Shown here one piece after another: positions 49,674 to 59,174 of a DNA stretch of 64,000 nucleotides. How positions within the stretch are numbered: position 1 is the first letter of the stretch; each line of letters opens with the position of its first letter. The notes under the pieces were generated by a model. The model searched no databases. It saw only the letters and a program-made list of their open reading frames with translations, and was not told where the DNA came from. The translations under genes and the position numbers were made by a program. Source of the stretch: an uncultured Chloroflexia bacterium (GTDB lineage Bacteria; Chloroflexota; Limnocylindria; Limnocylindrales; CSP1-4); assembly GCA_963813535.1 (NCBI GenBank), contig CAWEZH010000002.1:1504001-1568000 (forward strand), written 5' to 3'.

Positions 49674-49859
49674 ATGCGCGGCCGCCTGATCGCCGGGATC
49701 GCGCTGGCCCTGGTCGGGGCCGTGTGGGTCGGCCAGGGCCTCGGGTTGCTGCGCGGATCCAGCTTCATGGTCGACGACATCCGATGGGCCCTGGCCGGCG
49801 TGGGCGCGATCGCCGTCGGGCTGGCCCTGCTCATCAGCGCGCGTCGGAGCCGGCCCTGA
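49674..49859 (+). CDS. Small two-TM membrane protein
   Basis: GAVWVGQGLGLLRGSSFM..W pattern with two hydrophobic helices. Confidence 0.7.
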   Translation: MRGRLIAGIALALVGAVWVGQGLGLLRGSSFMVDDIRWALAGVGAIAVGLALLISARRSRP

Positions 49860-49866
49860 CGCCTAT

Positions 49867-51162
49867 TCAGGACGCGGTCAACGCGTAGATCCCAGGTTTC
49901 GTCTCATCGCCACTGCTCGTTCCGACGAGCAGGAGCGTACCGCTCACGGGATCTCGACGCAGGACCCGCCTTCGAATTCGGTCGAGACGTCGAGCCGCGT
50001 CCCCGACCATGTGCCATCACCAGATCGTGTCACATAGCGGACTCCGCTTCGATCGTTGTAGGTCGCGTGGAGGCGTCCGGCGTCGACATCGAGGACAAGT
50101 GAGGCCGAGCCGATGTCTTTCGACAGTCGCGTCGATTCCCAACCTCCATCGACGTCGGTCGCGAACCAGGTGCCCTCATTCGAGGGCGTCGGAACGTCCG
50201 AACAGCCGCCCTCGTCGCTGCTCGGGATCGCCGACCACGAGACGAAGGCGTGGTCACCACGACCGAGGACCAACATGGGGGACTGCATCCAGACATCGCG
50301 GGCAGAGAAGACGGTGGTCGTCGAAAGGCGGCCCGTCGCCGACACGACCGCGTAGCGGATGGAGTGCCGAGTCGTGTAGCCGATCCTCGGACGGCCGTCG
50401 TCCCCGATGCGCAGGGATGCCTCTTCGGCCTCCGGGATCAGGGTCCCGCGGAACCTTGAGCCGTCCTGCGACGCATAGGACACGCCGCCATCCTCGGCCA
50501 TGACGGTCTCGTGGATGACCCCGTCGACGACCCGGAACGACTGGAGGTATCGCCCGCCTGCCCGATCCGAGTCGCTGCCGACCATTGCCGACGGGCAATT
50601 CGCGGGTTCGGTAGTAGGCGCCGACGACGCCCTGCGGGCGGCGATCGTCGCCGCTGCACGTGTCCGGTTCGATCGGCCGCATGCGGGTGAACGCGAGATA
50701 GAGCGTGGAGCCGTCCACGGTCAACAGCGGGTCGATGTCGAACCGGTCCGCCGGCGTCGCGAGTGTCGATGTCTTCCAGGATCGACCGTCGGGCGATGAC
50801 GCATACCGGATCCGCAGCCCACACGCTGCCGCGACGTGGAAACGACCGACGGCATCCACGGTGGCGCCGACTCCCAGACAAGCGCCGTTGAAGATCGGGC
50901 GCGGTGTCGTCGTCCATCGTGCGACCTGTTGCACCGCCTGTGACGTCGATGGGCGAGACGGAGGCGATGCGCTAGCGGTGACGGACGCATCCGGCGACGA
51001 ACCGATCGTCGGTTCCTCGACTGGCGATGGCAGACCAGACCCTGCTGCCTGCACCGACGGCGTGGCCGTCATCGACGAGGGGGGCGCTGCCTCGCCACAC
51101 GCAAGGAGACTCCCGGCTGACACCAGCAGCCCGAGCCATGCGAAAGTCCGGCGCTGGGTCAT
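49867..51162 (-). CDS. Lipoprotein with beta-propeller/BNR-like repeats, broken by several frameshifts
   Basis: Lipobox LLAC, Ser/Pro linker, repeated YASSPDGRSW / WFATDVDGGW / YVTRSGDGTW units spread over different frames (shifts near 50560-50600 and 49960). Confidence 0.6.
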
Positions 51163-51269
51163 TGCTCCCCTCTGCTGTGTCGCCGACCGCGCCGATCGGC
51201 TTGCGGTGTGTCGAGCGTCGATCGACCTCGATGTGACGGTGCTTGCTGACGCGCCAGGCCGGGCAGCGT

Positions 51270-51650
51270 CTAGAGCCACGCCCTCCAGGTCTGTTCGGCC
51301 CTGCCAGCGGTCACCTCGTTTCCGTATCGCACGAGCGGCAGACGCAACAGCGTCTGGTCCGCCAGGAGGCGTACCACGACCTCTTCGTCGTCCATCCGCA
51401 GATAGCCGAGACCCGCATCACGGTACGCCCTCGATGTCTCGTCGAGGAGCGCGGCGACCGCCGAGCCGCTCGACGAACCACCGCAGTTCGGCCGGAGCGA
51501 GCCGACGCTTGCGCAGGTCGACGAAGGAGACGACGATCCGGCGCTCCCGAAAGAACCGTTGCGCCGCGCGGGTGGCGGGATCCTTCTCGACGCCGAACGC
51601 CTGGATGTCGGCAACCTCTTCGTCGGGGTCCGACCCAAGGGCGCTGGCAT
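51270..51650 (-). CDS. ArsC/Spx/YffB-like thioredoxin-fold protein (two compensating frameshifts)
   Basis: The alternate frame gives IQAFGVEKDPATRAAQRFFRERRI..VDL..ELRRF, joining LLD..AY..LLRLPLVR.GNEVTAG. Confidence 0.7.
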   Translation of the reverse strand: MPAPLGRTPTKRLPTSRRSASRRIPPPARRNGSFGSAGSSSPSSTCASVGSLRPNCGGSSSGSAVAALLDETSRAYRDAGLGYLRMDDEEVVVRLLADQTLLRLPLVRYGNEVTAGRAEQTWRAWL

Positions 51651-51712
51651 GGCCGCGAGCCTATCGCACGGCGCCGACCGGGTACCATCGACAGACCACA
51701 GGAGGTGCCCGC

Positions 51713-52000
51713 GTGACGGTCTGGTTCACGGTCCAGCTCGCCGATCAGCCGGGTTCGCTTGCCCGAGTCGCCACTGCGCTCGGGGAGCGCAACGTGAACA
51801 TCACCGGCATCGTCGGCGTCGCCGAGGACACCGATGGCGCGCTCATGCTCACGACGTCCGATGCGGCCGCGACGCGCCAGGCATTCGAGAGCCTCGGGCT
51901 CGCCTTCGAGGAGCACGACCCGATGGGCGAGCTGCGACCGGAATCGATGACTGTCGGTGACATGCGACCCGGCACGACCGGGCGCGGCTCGATCCCCTGA
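51713..52000 (+). CDS. Single ACT domain protein
   Basis: LADQPGSLARVATALGERNVNI; AGGAGG RBS. Confidence 0.82.
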   Translation: MTVWFTVQLADQPGSLARVATALGERNVNITGIVGVAEDTDGALMLTTSDAAATRQAFESLGLAFEEHDPMGELRPESMTVGDMRPGTTGRGSIP

Positions 52001-52017
52001 CCGGCGACCGGGACGCG

Positions 52018-52695
52018 ATGCCCCGACGCCAGGCAGCCTCGACCGCCGCGATCCGCTTCGACATCGTCGATGGGCCCGATGCGCAATCCTCCATCGCGGC
52101 TGCGACGGCGGCGATCGGTGGACGCATCCGAACGCTGTCGACGGTGCGGCCCATCGACGGCGAGCCGCCCCTCGTCGAGATCGAGCTCGAGGTCGAGGGT
52201 GTCGGCGAGGATGCGCTGGTCGCTGCGCTCGAGGGCGTCGGTGACGTGCGTCGGATCCACCGGACGCGGGCCCTCGGGACGGTGTTCGGCAAGCGGATCA
52301 TCGTCGTCGGCGGCGGGGCGCAGGTCGCCCAGGTCGCGCTCGGGGCGGTGAGCGAAGCCGACCGTCACAACCTACGCGGCGAGCGGATCTCGGTCGACAC
52401 CATCCCGCTGGTCGGCGAGGCCGACATCGCCGCCGCGGTCCGGGCGGTCGCGGACCTGCCCCGCGCCCGCCTGCTGGTCCTGGCCGGTTCGATCATGGGC
52501 GGTGACATCAGTGCGGCCGCCGATGAGCTCCGCGAGGTCGGTATCCCGATCATCGCGCTGAACATGGTCGGATCCATCACCGAGCACGTGGATCTGGTCG
52601 TGTCCGATCCCGTCCAGGCCGGGACGATGGCCGTCATGGCCGTCGCCGACACCGCCACCTTCGACCTCGACCGCCAACGCGGCCGACGATACTGA
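52018..52695 (+). CDS. ACT-like plus DUF5612-like protein
   Basis: FGKRIIVVGGGAQVAQVALGAVSEADRHNLRGERISVDTIPLVGE..LAGSIMGG..DPVQAGTMAVM recalls the DUF5612 family. Confidence 0.75.
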   Translation: MPRRQAASTAAIRFDIVDGPDAQSSIAAATAAIGGRIRTLSTVRPIDGEPPLVEIELEVEGVGEDALVAALEGVGDVRRIHRTRALGTVFGKRIIVVGGGAQVAQVALGAVSEADRHNLRGERISVDTIPLVGEADIAAAVRAVADLPRARLLVLAGSIMGGDISAAADELREVGIPIIALNMVGSITEHVDLVVSDPVQAGTMAVMAVADTATFDLDRQRGRRY

Positions 52696-52703
52696 GACGA
52701 CCG

Positions 52704-53654
52704 ATGCGGATCGCGACGTGGAACGTCAACTCGCTGAAGGCGCGCACCGACGCGGTCGACAAGTGGCTCGAGCGCGCCGACCCGGACATCCTGCTGATGC
52801 AGGAGACGAAGCTCTCGGACGAGGATGCTCCGGTCATGCAGTTCCGGATGGCCGGCTACCAGCTCATCCATCACGGCGAGGGTCGCTGGAACGGCGTGGC
52901 CATCGCGGCCCGCGAGGCGCTCACCGTCGACGACATCGTCACGAACTTCGGCGACGGCCCGGTGCGCGATAGCAGCGCCGGCGCCGGCGGTCTCGACGAG
53001 GAGGATTTCGATCCCTTCGATGAGGCACGGATGCTCTCGGCGGTCGTCGACGGGGTCAGGTTCGTGGCGCTCTATGCGCCGAATGGGCGGGTCGTCGGCA
53101 GCCCGTTCTACGAGGGCAAGCTGCGCTGGTTCGAGCGGGTCCGGCGATGGCTCGACGAGACGCGATCCGCTGACGAGCCGCTCATCCTCGCGGGCGACTA
53201 CAACGTGACCCCAGCCGACGAGGACGTGTGGGACCCGGTGAAGGCGCACGGCGGGACGCACGTGTCGGAGCCGGAGCGCGAGGCACTGGCCCGGCTGCGC
53301 GAGTGGGGCCTCACCGACGCCTACCGGTCGCAGGAGCAGCGCGGCGGCCGATTCAGCTGGTGGGACTACCGGGCCGGCATGTTCCATCGCAACGAGGGCA
53401 TGCGCATCGACCTGCTCTACGTGACGGAGCCCATCGCGAAGCGCGTCGTCTGGGCCGAGATCGACCGCGAGGCGCGGAAGGGCCCACCCGTCCCATCGGA
53501 CCATGCGCCCGTGGTGGTCGACCTCGATGACAAGGGGACGCCGTTCGATGCCGGCTGGGACGCGGCACTCGCCCGGATCCAGGCTCGGACGAAGCCCGGC
53601 GCGCGCAAGAGCCCCGCCCAGGTGCGGTACGAGAAGGAGCACCGACCAGGCTGA
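52704..53654 (+). CDS. xth: Exodeoxyribonuclease III
   Basis: ATWNVNS, QETK, YAPNG, GDYN, FSWWDYR, RID and SDHAP motifs. Confidence 0.95.
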   Translation: MRIATWNVNSLKARTDAVDKWLERADPDILLMQETKLSDEDAPVMQFRMAGYQLIHHGEGRWNGVAIAAREALTVDDIVTNFGDGPVRDSSAGAGGLDEEDFDPFDEARMLSAVVDGVRFVALYAPNGRVVGSPFYEGKLRWFERVRRWLDETRSADEPLILAGDYNVTPADEDVWDPVKAHGGTHVSEPEREALARLREWGLTDAYRSQEQRGGRFSWWDYRAGMFHRNEGMRIDLLYVTEPIAKRVVWAEIDREARKGPPVPSDHAPVVVDLDDKGTPFDAGWDAALARIQARTKPGARKSPAQVRYEKEHRPG

Positions 53655-53792
53655 CGGCCGGGGAGCTCGTTGCCGTGGGACGAGAACCGCGCCCCGATCC
53701 GTCGCGACAGGTCCGACCGGCCTCTCGCCTCGTTGCGGATGCCGAGACGCCGTGCACCGGGTCCCGAGGGGCGAACGTAGGCTCGCCGCCGG

Positions 53793-54914
53793 ATGACGGT
53801 CCCCAGCGACACCTCGGCTGAGATCCGCCTCATCGACCTGGAGAAGCGGTTCGGCGCGGTCCGGGCCGTCGACGGCGTCTCGCTCGACGTCCGGGCCGGC
53901 GAGTTCTTCTCTCTGCTCGGACCGTCCGGCTGCGGCAAGACCACGACCTTGCGGATGATCGGCGGGTTCGAGCTGCCGACCGCTGGTCGGATCCTGCTGC
54001 GCGGCCGCGACATCACCCACGAGCCGCCCGACAAGCGGCCGGTCAACATGGTGTTCCAGCAGTACGCCCTGTTTCCGCATCTCGACGTGGCCGGCAACGT
54101 CGGTTTCGGCCTGCGCCGCAAGAACGTCGATCGCGCCTCGATCGCCCGGCGCGTGGACGAGGCGCTCGAGCTGGTCCGCCTGCGGGGCTACGAGCGGCGG
54201 AGACCTCGTGAGCTGTCCGGCGGCCAGCAGCAACGCGTCGCCCTCGCCCGGGCCCTGGTCAACCGCCCGACGGTGCTGTTGCTCGACGAGCCACTGGGTG
54301 CGCTCGACCTGAAGCTCCGCCGCCAGCTCCAGATCGAGTTGAAGCGGATCCAGGCGGAGGTCGGGATCACCTTCGTGTACGTGACGCACGATCAGGAGGA
54401 GGCGCTCACCATGAGCGACCGCATCGCCGTGATGCAAGCCGGACGCGTGGAGCAGCTCGGCACGCCCGAGGAGCTGTACGAGCGACCGGCGACCAGGTTC
54501 GTGGCCGACTTCATCGGCACGACCAACCTGCTGACCGGGTCGGTCGAGTCGATCGACTCGGGCTCCGCCCTCGTCCGCCTGGAGGGCGGCGACGCGTGCC
54601 GAGTGGCCGGCCCGGACCTGCCGCCAGGACGCGCCGTCGAGCTGTCCATCCGGCCGGAATCGATCGTGATGCGACCCTCGAACGGCACCGCCCCGAGCGA
54701 CGACGAGCCGCTCCGAGCCCAGGTCGAGCAGGTCGCCTATCTCGGCGGCAGCGTCCAATACCAGGTCCGCACCCGCGGCGGGCTGTCCATCACCGTGCTG
54801 GCATCGAAGGCCGGCGAGCGCCACCCGGTCGGGAGCGACGTCGACATCGCATGGTCGCCGAGCGAGGCACTGATCCTCGCGCCGTCGACCGTCGAGGAGG
54901 AGGAACTGACATGA
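53793..54914 (+). CDS. potA: Polyamine-type ABC transporter ATPase
   Basis: [32 protein letters not shown]; TOBE-like tail. Confidence 0.9.
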   Translation: MTVPSDTSAEIRLIDLEKRFGAVRAVDGVSLDVRAGEFFSLLGPSGCGKTTTLRMIGGFELPTAGRILLRGRDITHEPPDKRPVNMVFQQYALFPHLDVAGNVGFGLRRKNVDRASIARRVDEALELVRLRGYERRRPRELSGGQQQRVALARALVNRPTVLLLDEPLGALDLKLRRQLQIELKRIQAEVGITFVYVTHDQEEALTMSDRIAVMQAGRVEQLGTPEELYERPATRFVADFIGTTNLLTGSVESIDSGSALVRLEGGDACRVAGPDLPPGRAVELSIRPESIVMRPSNGTAPSDDEPLRAQVEQVAYLGGSVQYQVRTRGGLSITVLASKAGERHPVGSDVDIAWSPSEALILAPSTVEEEELT

Positions 54915-56125
54915 CGGATCCGTACGACGGCTCGAGCATCGATCTCGAGAAGTCCCTCGTCCGCTACATGGTCGAGCGGCGCGTCACCCGCCGCGAGGTG
55001 CTGGAGCGCATCGCCGCCGTGGGCAGCGTCGCGGCGCTGGCGCCGATCATCGCGGCGTGCACGTCCAGCAGCGCAAGCCCGTCCGCCTCGGCCGCCGCCA
55101 GTGCGTCCGGGGCACCGGCAGGATCCGCCCCGGCCTCAGCCGGCCCGACCGCCGTCCCATCGCCCGAGGGTGAGCTCAACATCCTGAACTGGACCGACTA
55201 CCTGGCGGACGACGTGGTCGCGAGCTTCGAGGAGACGTACGGGGTGAAGGTCACCCAGAGCTACTTCTCGAACACCGACGAGATGTACACCAAGCTCGGC
55301 GACGACGGCGGCGACTACGACATCAGCTTCCCGATCTCGGTCGACGTCCCGAACATGATCGAGCGGGGCGTCATCGCCAAGCTCGACAAGTCGCTCCTGA
55401 CGAACATCGGCAATCTCGGCGAGGAGTGGGCCAACCCGGGCTACGACCCGGGCAACGAGTACACCGTCCCGTACATGTGGTGGACGACAGGCGTCGGCTA
55501 TGACCCCGCCCGCATCAAGGAGGAGCCCAGCAGCTCGAAGGCCCTCTGGGATGAACGCTGGAAGCAGCACGTCTCGATGCTGGATGACTGGCAGGAGGTC
55601 TTCGGGCTGACGCTGATCCAGCTCGGTCATTCGGCGAACACCGCGAACCCGGCCGAGCTCGATGAGGCCCTCGCGCTCCTCGAGCAGCAGAAGCCGCTCG
55701 TGCGCACCTACTCGACCGACACGATCGGCACGATGACGTCGGGCGACGTGTGGATCGGGCAGATCTGGGGCGCCGACCGCTTCGCGATCCAGGAGACGAT
55801 CCCCGACTTCGCCTACTACATCCCCGCGGAAGGCGGCGTGAAGGGGTCCGACACGGTCGCGACGTTCAGCGGATCGCCGCATCCCATCGCGTCACAGCTG
55901 TTCATCAATCACCTGCTCGAGGCGCACAACAGCGCGCTCAACACGAACCTCATCTACTACATGGGCCCGAACGCGGCCGCGAAGGAGTTCATCGATCCGG
56001 CGATCCTGGCCGACCCGACCATCAACCCGGAGCAGGAGATCGTCGACAAGCTCGAGGAGCTCCTGAGCCTCGACCAGGCGGTGCGCGACGAGTACCTATC
56101 GCGCTGGCAGCAGCTGCGAGGCTGA
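54911..56125 (+). CDS. potD: Polyamine-type ABC substrate-binding protein (Tat/lipoprotein-type leader)
   Basis: TRREVL..IIAAC leader; LNWTDY, DPGNEYTVPYMWWTTG and IPAEGG motifs. Confidence 0.87.
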   Translation: MTDPYDGSSIDLEKSLVRYMVERRVTRREVLERIAAVGSVAALAPIIAACTSSSASPSASAAASASGAPAGSAPASAGPTAVPSPEGELNILNWTDYLADDVVASFEETYGVKVTQSYFSNTDEMYTKLGDDGGDYDISFPISVDVPNMIERGVIAKLDKSLLTNIGNLGEEWANPGYDPGNEYTVPYMWWTTGVGYDPARIKEEPSSSKALWDERWKQHVSMLDDWQEVFGLTLIQLGHSANTANPAELDEALALLEQQKPLVRTYSTDTIGTMTSGDVWIGQIWGADRFAIQETIPDFAYYIPAEGGVKGSDTVATFSGSPHPIASQLFINHLLEAHNSALNTNLIYYMGPNAAAKEFIDPAILADPTINPEQEIVDKLEELLSLDQAVRDEYLSRWQQLRG

Positions 56126-56133
56126 CCCGACCG

Positions 56134-57045
56134 ATGGGGGCCGCGGCCCAGCCCGCAGACACACCCGCGGCCACGGTCGTACCGGTGCCCGGACGGCTCG
56201 GGCGGCTGCGGGCGGCGGCGCTGGTGTTGCCGGGCGTCACGTGGCTCGCGCTGTTCTTCATCGTGCCGCTCGGGATCATCTTCGTGGTGAGCCTCGGCTC
56301 ACGCGACGCGCTGAACCGGATCAGCCTGGCCCAGCCGACGCTCGACAACTACCTGCGCGTGTTCGATCCGGTCTTCCTGCCGACGTTCCTCAACTCGCTC
56401 AAGTACGCCGGGATCACCACGATCCTGTCGCTCGCCATCGGCTATCCGATCGCGTATTGGATCAGCCGGTACGGCGGGCGTCAGAAGGTGCTGTTGATCA
56501 TCCTGGTGATGCTGCCGTTCTGGACCAGCTACCTGATCCGGACCTACTCGTGGATCATCCTCCTGCGCGACAACGGCGTCGTGAACTCCCTGCTCCAGGC
56601 GATCGGGCTCACCAGCGAACCGATCATCCTGATGAACACCGACATCTCGGTCATCCTCGGCATGACGTACGGGTTCCTGCCGTTCGCGATCCTGCCACTG
56701 TTCGTCTCGATCGACCGGCTCGATCCCGATCTCGTCGCGGCGGCACGTGACCTGTACGCGTCGGGTCGCGGCGCGTTCCTCAACGTGACCCTGCCGCTGA
56801 CGATGCCCGGCATCATCGCCGCCGCGCTGCTGACGTTCATCCCGGCCCTCGGTGATTTCGTCACGCCCGACCTGCTCGGCGGCCCGCAGACAACGACCAT
56901 CGCCAAGAACATCCAGGAACTGTTCCTTGCCGGACGCGACTGGCCGTACGGCGCGGCGCTCGGATTCGTCTTGATGATCGTCACCCTCAGCGGGACGCTG
57001 CTCGCCCTCCGGACGCTTCGTCGGGAGGTCGTCGGTGGCGACTGA
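56134..57045 (+). CDS. potB: Polyamine-type ABC permease
   Basis: LPFWTSYLIRTYSW, LPFAILPL, AAARDL, LPLTMPG and FVTPDLLGG motifs. Confidence 0.9.
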   Translation: MGAAAQPADTPAATVVPVPGRLGRLRAAALVLPGVTWLALFFIVPLGIIFVVSLGSRDALNRISLAQPTLDNYLRVFDPVFLPTFLNSLKYAGITTILSLAIGYPIAYWISRYGGRQKVLLIILVMLPFWTSYLIRTYSWIILLRDNGVVNSLLQAIGLTSEPIILMNTDISVILGMTYGFLPFAILPLFVSIDRLDPDLVAAARDLYASGRGAFLNVTLPLTMPGIIAAALLTFIPALGDFVTPDLLGGPQTTTIAKNIQELFLAGRDWPYGAALGFVLMIVTLSGTLLALRTLRREVVGGD

Positions 57046-57066
57046 GCGCCTGGGCGGGCACTGACC

Positions 57067-57876
57067 ATGGTCCGTGAGCGGAACCGCTGGCTGACCGCGT
57101 ACGCGATGCTGGTCTACGCGTTCCTGTTCGCCCCGATCGTCGTGCTGATCGTCTACTCGTTCAATAAAGCGCGGCGAGGCCTGGTGTGGCAGGGCTTCAC
57201 GTTCGACTGGTACCCGAAGCTGTTCGCCAACGACGAGCTGCTCGACTCCCTGGTCGTGTCTCTCCAGGTCGCGGTCGTCGCCGTCATCGTGTCGACGGTC
57301 CTTGGCGCGCTGCTCGGTCTGGGCCTGGCGCGACTCCGGTTCCGTGGTCGCGGCGCGACCGAGACCCTGCTGCTCGTGCCGATGATCACGCCGGAGATCG
57401 TGATGGGCCTGTCGTTGCTGCTGTTCTTCCTGCAGGCGTTCGACGCGCACGGCTCGGTCGCCCAGCTATGGGTCGCCCACATCACGTTCTGCGTGTCGTA
57501 TGTGGCGGTCATCGTCCGGGCCCGGGCGGCCAACATGGACCCGCATCTCGAGGAGGCGGCCCGCGATCTCGGCGCGTCGGCGATGGGCGCCTTCCGGTAC
57601 GTCACGCTGCCGCTGATCGCGCCGGCGGTACTCGCCGGGGCGTTGCTGGCGTTCTCGCTGAGCTTCGACGACTACGTCGTCACGACGTTCAACGCGGGCG
57701 TCGGCAGCTCGACGCTGCCGCTCTACATCTACGGCGCCATCAAGTTCGGCGTCACGCCCGAGATCAATGCCATCTCGACGATCATCGTGGCCGTCACCGC
57801 GGTGGCCATCCTCATCGCGTGGCGGGCCGGGGCGTTCAACACCGCGACCGGTCGCCGGGTCACGGACGAGGGCTAG
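57067..57876 (+). CDS. potC: Polyamine-type ABC permease
   Basis: YSFN, FTFDWY, PEIVMG, EEAARDLGA, SFDD, TLPLYIY and PEINA motifs. Confidence 0.9.
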   Translation: MVRERNRWLTAYAMLVYAFLFAPIVVLIVYSFNKARRGLVWQGFTFDWYPKLFANDELLDSLVVSLQVAVVAVIVSTVLGALLGLGLARLRFRGRGATETLLLVPMITPEIVMGLSLLLFFLQAFDAHGSVAQLWVAHITFCVSYVAVIVRARAANMDPHLEEAARDLGASAMGAFRYVTLPLIAPAVLAGALLAFSLSFDDYVVTTFNAGVGSSTLPLYIYGAIKFGVTPEINAISTIIVAVTAVAILIAWRAGAFNTATGRRVTDEG

Positions 57877-59174
57877 CTCCCGGTCGCTGCCCTGGTCCTG
57901 GCCGCGGAGCGGGACGAGGTCGTCCCGCGGGGCAGGCGAACGGCGGCGACGTCTCCCTCGAACGTGTCCTCGTCGCCGTCCTTCGGCGTCGGGACGTCGT
58001 AGCGCAGCCGGACGGTGCGCTGCGAGTTCGTGCCATCGTTCGCGTAGCGGTCGACCGCCATGAGGTCGAAGGCATGGACGCTCGGCTCCTGGTTCGAGAA
58101 GCGACCCGCGCGCCAGCTCTGCGAGCGCGTGCCGCGCTGCTGGAGCTCGCAGACATGCCAGTCCTGGCGGTTGGTCAGGTCCCAGAACGCGATGGCATCC
58201 GAGGGATCGAAGTCGGACGCGGCGATCGTGTCGGGCTCGAACAGCCACTCGCAGATGATGCGCGTGTGATCCGGACCTGCCGGTTCGAGGCGATGGACGA
58301 GCAGGTAGTCCGGGTGGATCGACAGGAACGTCAGCGGCCAGACGAGGTAGTAGTAGATCCGCCGTTCGTCGATCGGCGTCATCCCGGGGATGGCCGGTCG
58401 GCCGCCGCGGTGGCCGCCGTCGACCGCCATCGTCTCAGCGCTCTCGACGAGCTCCATCCAGCCACCCTGCCATGGGCCGGTCGGGGCGAAGTCGCCGCCG
58501 AGGTCGTACGGCGTCAGCTTGTTCAGTTGAGGATGGATGCCCGGGCAGTGGTAGCACTCGCTGTAGTTCTCAGCCACGAACTTCCAGTTGGTCTCGACCT
58601 CGTACGTGACGGTGTGCGCGACGCGCAGACTGGCGAAGTCGAACCGTGCGAGGTGTGGCGGCAGATCGCCGAGCCACTCGATGAGCGGCGGCGTCTCCGG
58701 GGAGAGGCAGACGAACACGAAGCCCTGCCAGGTCTCCATCCGCACCGAGACCAGGCCGAAGTCCTTCATCTCGAAGTCCTCGAGGTCATCGGTGTGCTTG
58801 GCCCGGACGAGGTTCCCCTCCAGGTCGTAGATCCAGGCGTGATACGGACACTGGAACCGGACCGCAGAACCGCACTGCTCTTCGACGACGGCGGTGCCAC
58901 GATGGCGACACACGTTGTAGAAGGCGCGCAACTCGCCGTCGCGTCCGCGAGCGACCAGGAGTGGCTCGTCGTCGATCGCGGCCAGGAAGTACGTGCCGGC
59001 AGAGGGCGCGTCCTCCTCGCGCCCGACGACCATCCAGTCGCGCCGGAACCATTCCCGCTTCTCGAAGTCGTGGATCGCCGCGTCGTGATACGCGCGTCCG
59101 GGGAGCAACGACGCAGCCCGGTACGGCTTGCGGACGGCCGCGATCTCCTGCGCGGTCAGCGGACCCGTGGTCAT
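57873..59174 (-). CDS. Rieske non-heme iron oxygenase alpha subunit (choline monooxygenase/betaine demethylase-like)
   Basis: NVCRHRG, CPYHAW, NWKFVAENYSECYHCPGIHP and NRQDWHVCELQQRG; ATGA overlap with the upstream gene. Confidence 0.9.
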   Translation of the reverse strand: MTTGPLTAQEIAAVRKPYRAASLLPGRAYHDAAIHDFEKREWFRRDWMVVGREEDAPSAGTYFLAAIDDEPLLVARGRDGELRAFYNVCRHRGTAVVEEQCGSAVRFQCPYHAWIYDLEGNLVRAKHTDDLEDFEMKDFGLVSVRMETWQGFVFVCLSPETPPLIEWLGDLPPHLARFDFASLRVAHTVTYEVETNWKFVAENYSECYHCPGIHPQLNKLTPYDLGGDFAPTGPWQGGWMELVESAETMAVDGGHRGGRPAIPGMTPIDERRIYYYLVWPLTFLSIHPDYLLVHRLEPAGPDHTRIICEWLFEPDTIAASDFDPSDAIAFWDLTNRQDWHVCELQQRGTRSQSWRAGRFSNQEPSVHAFDLMAVDRYANDGTNSQRTVRLRYDVPTPKDGDEDTFEGDVAAVRLPRGTTSSRSAARTRAATGS

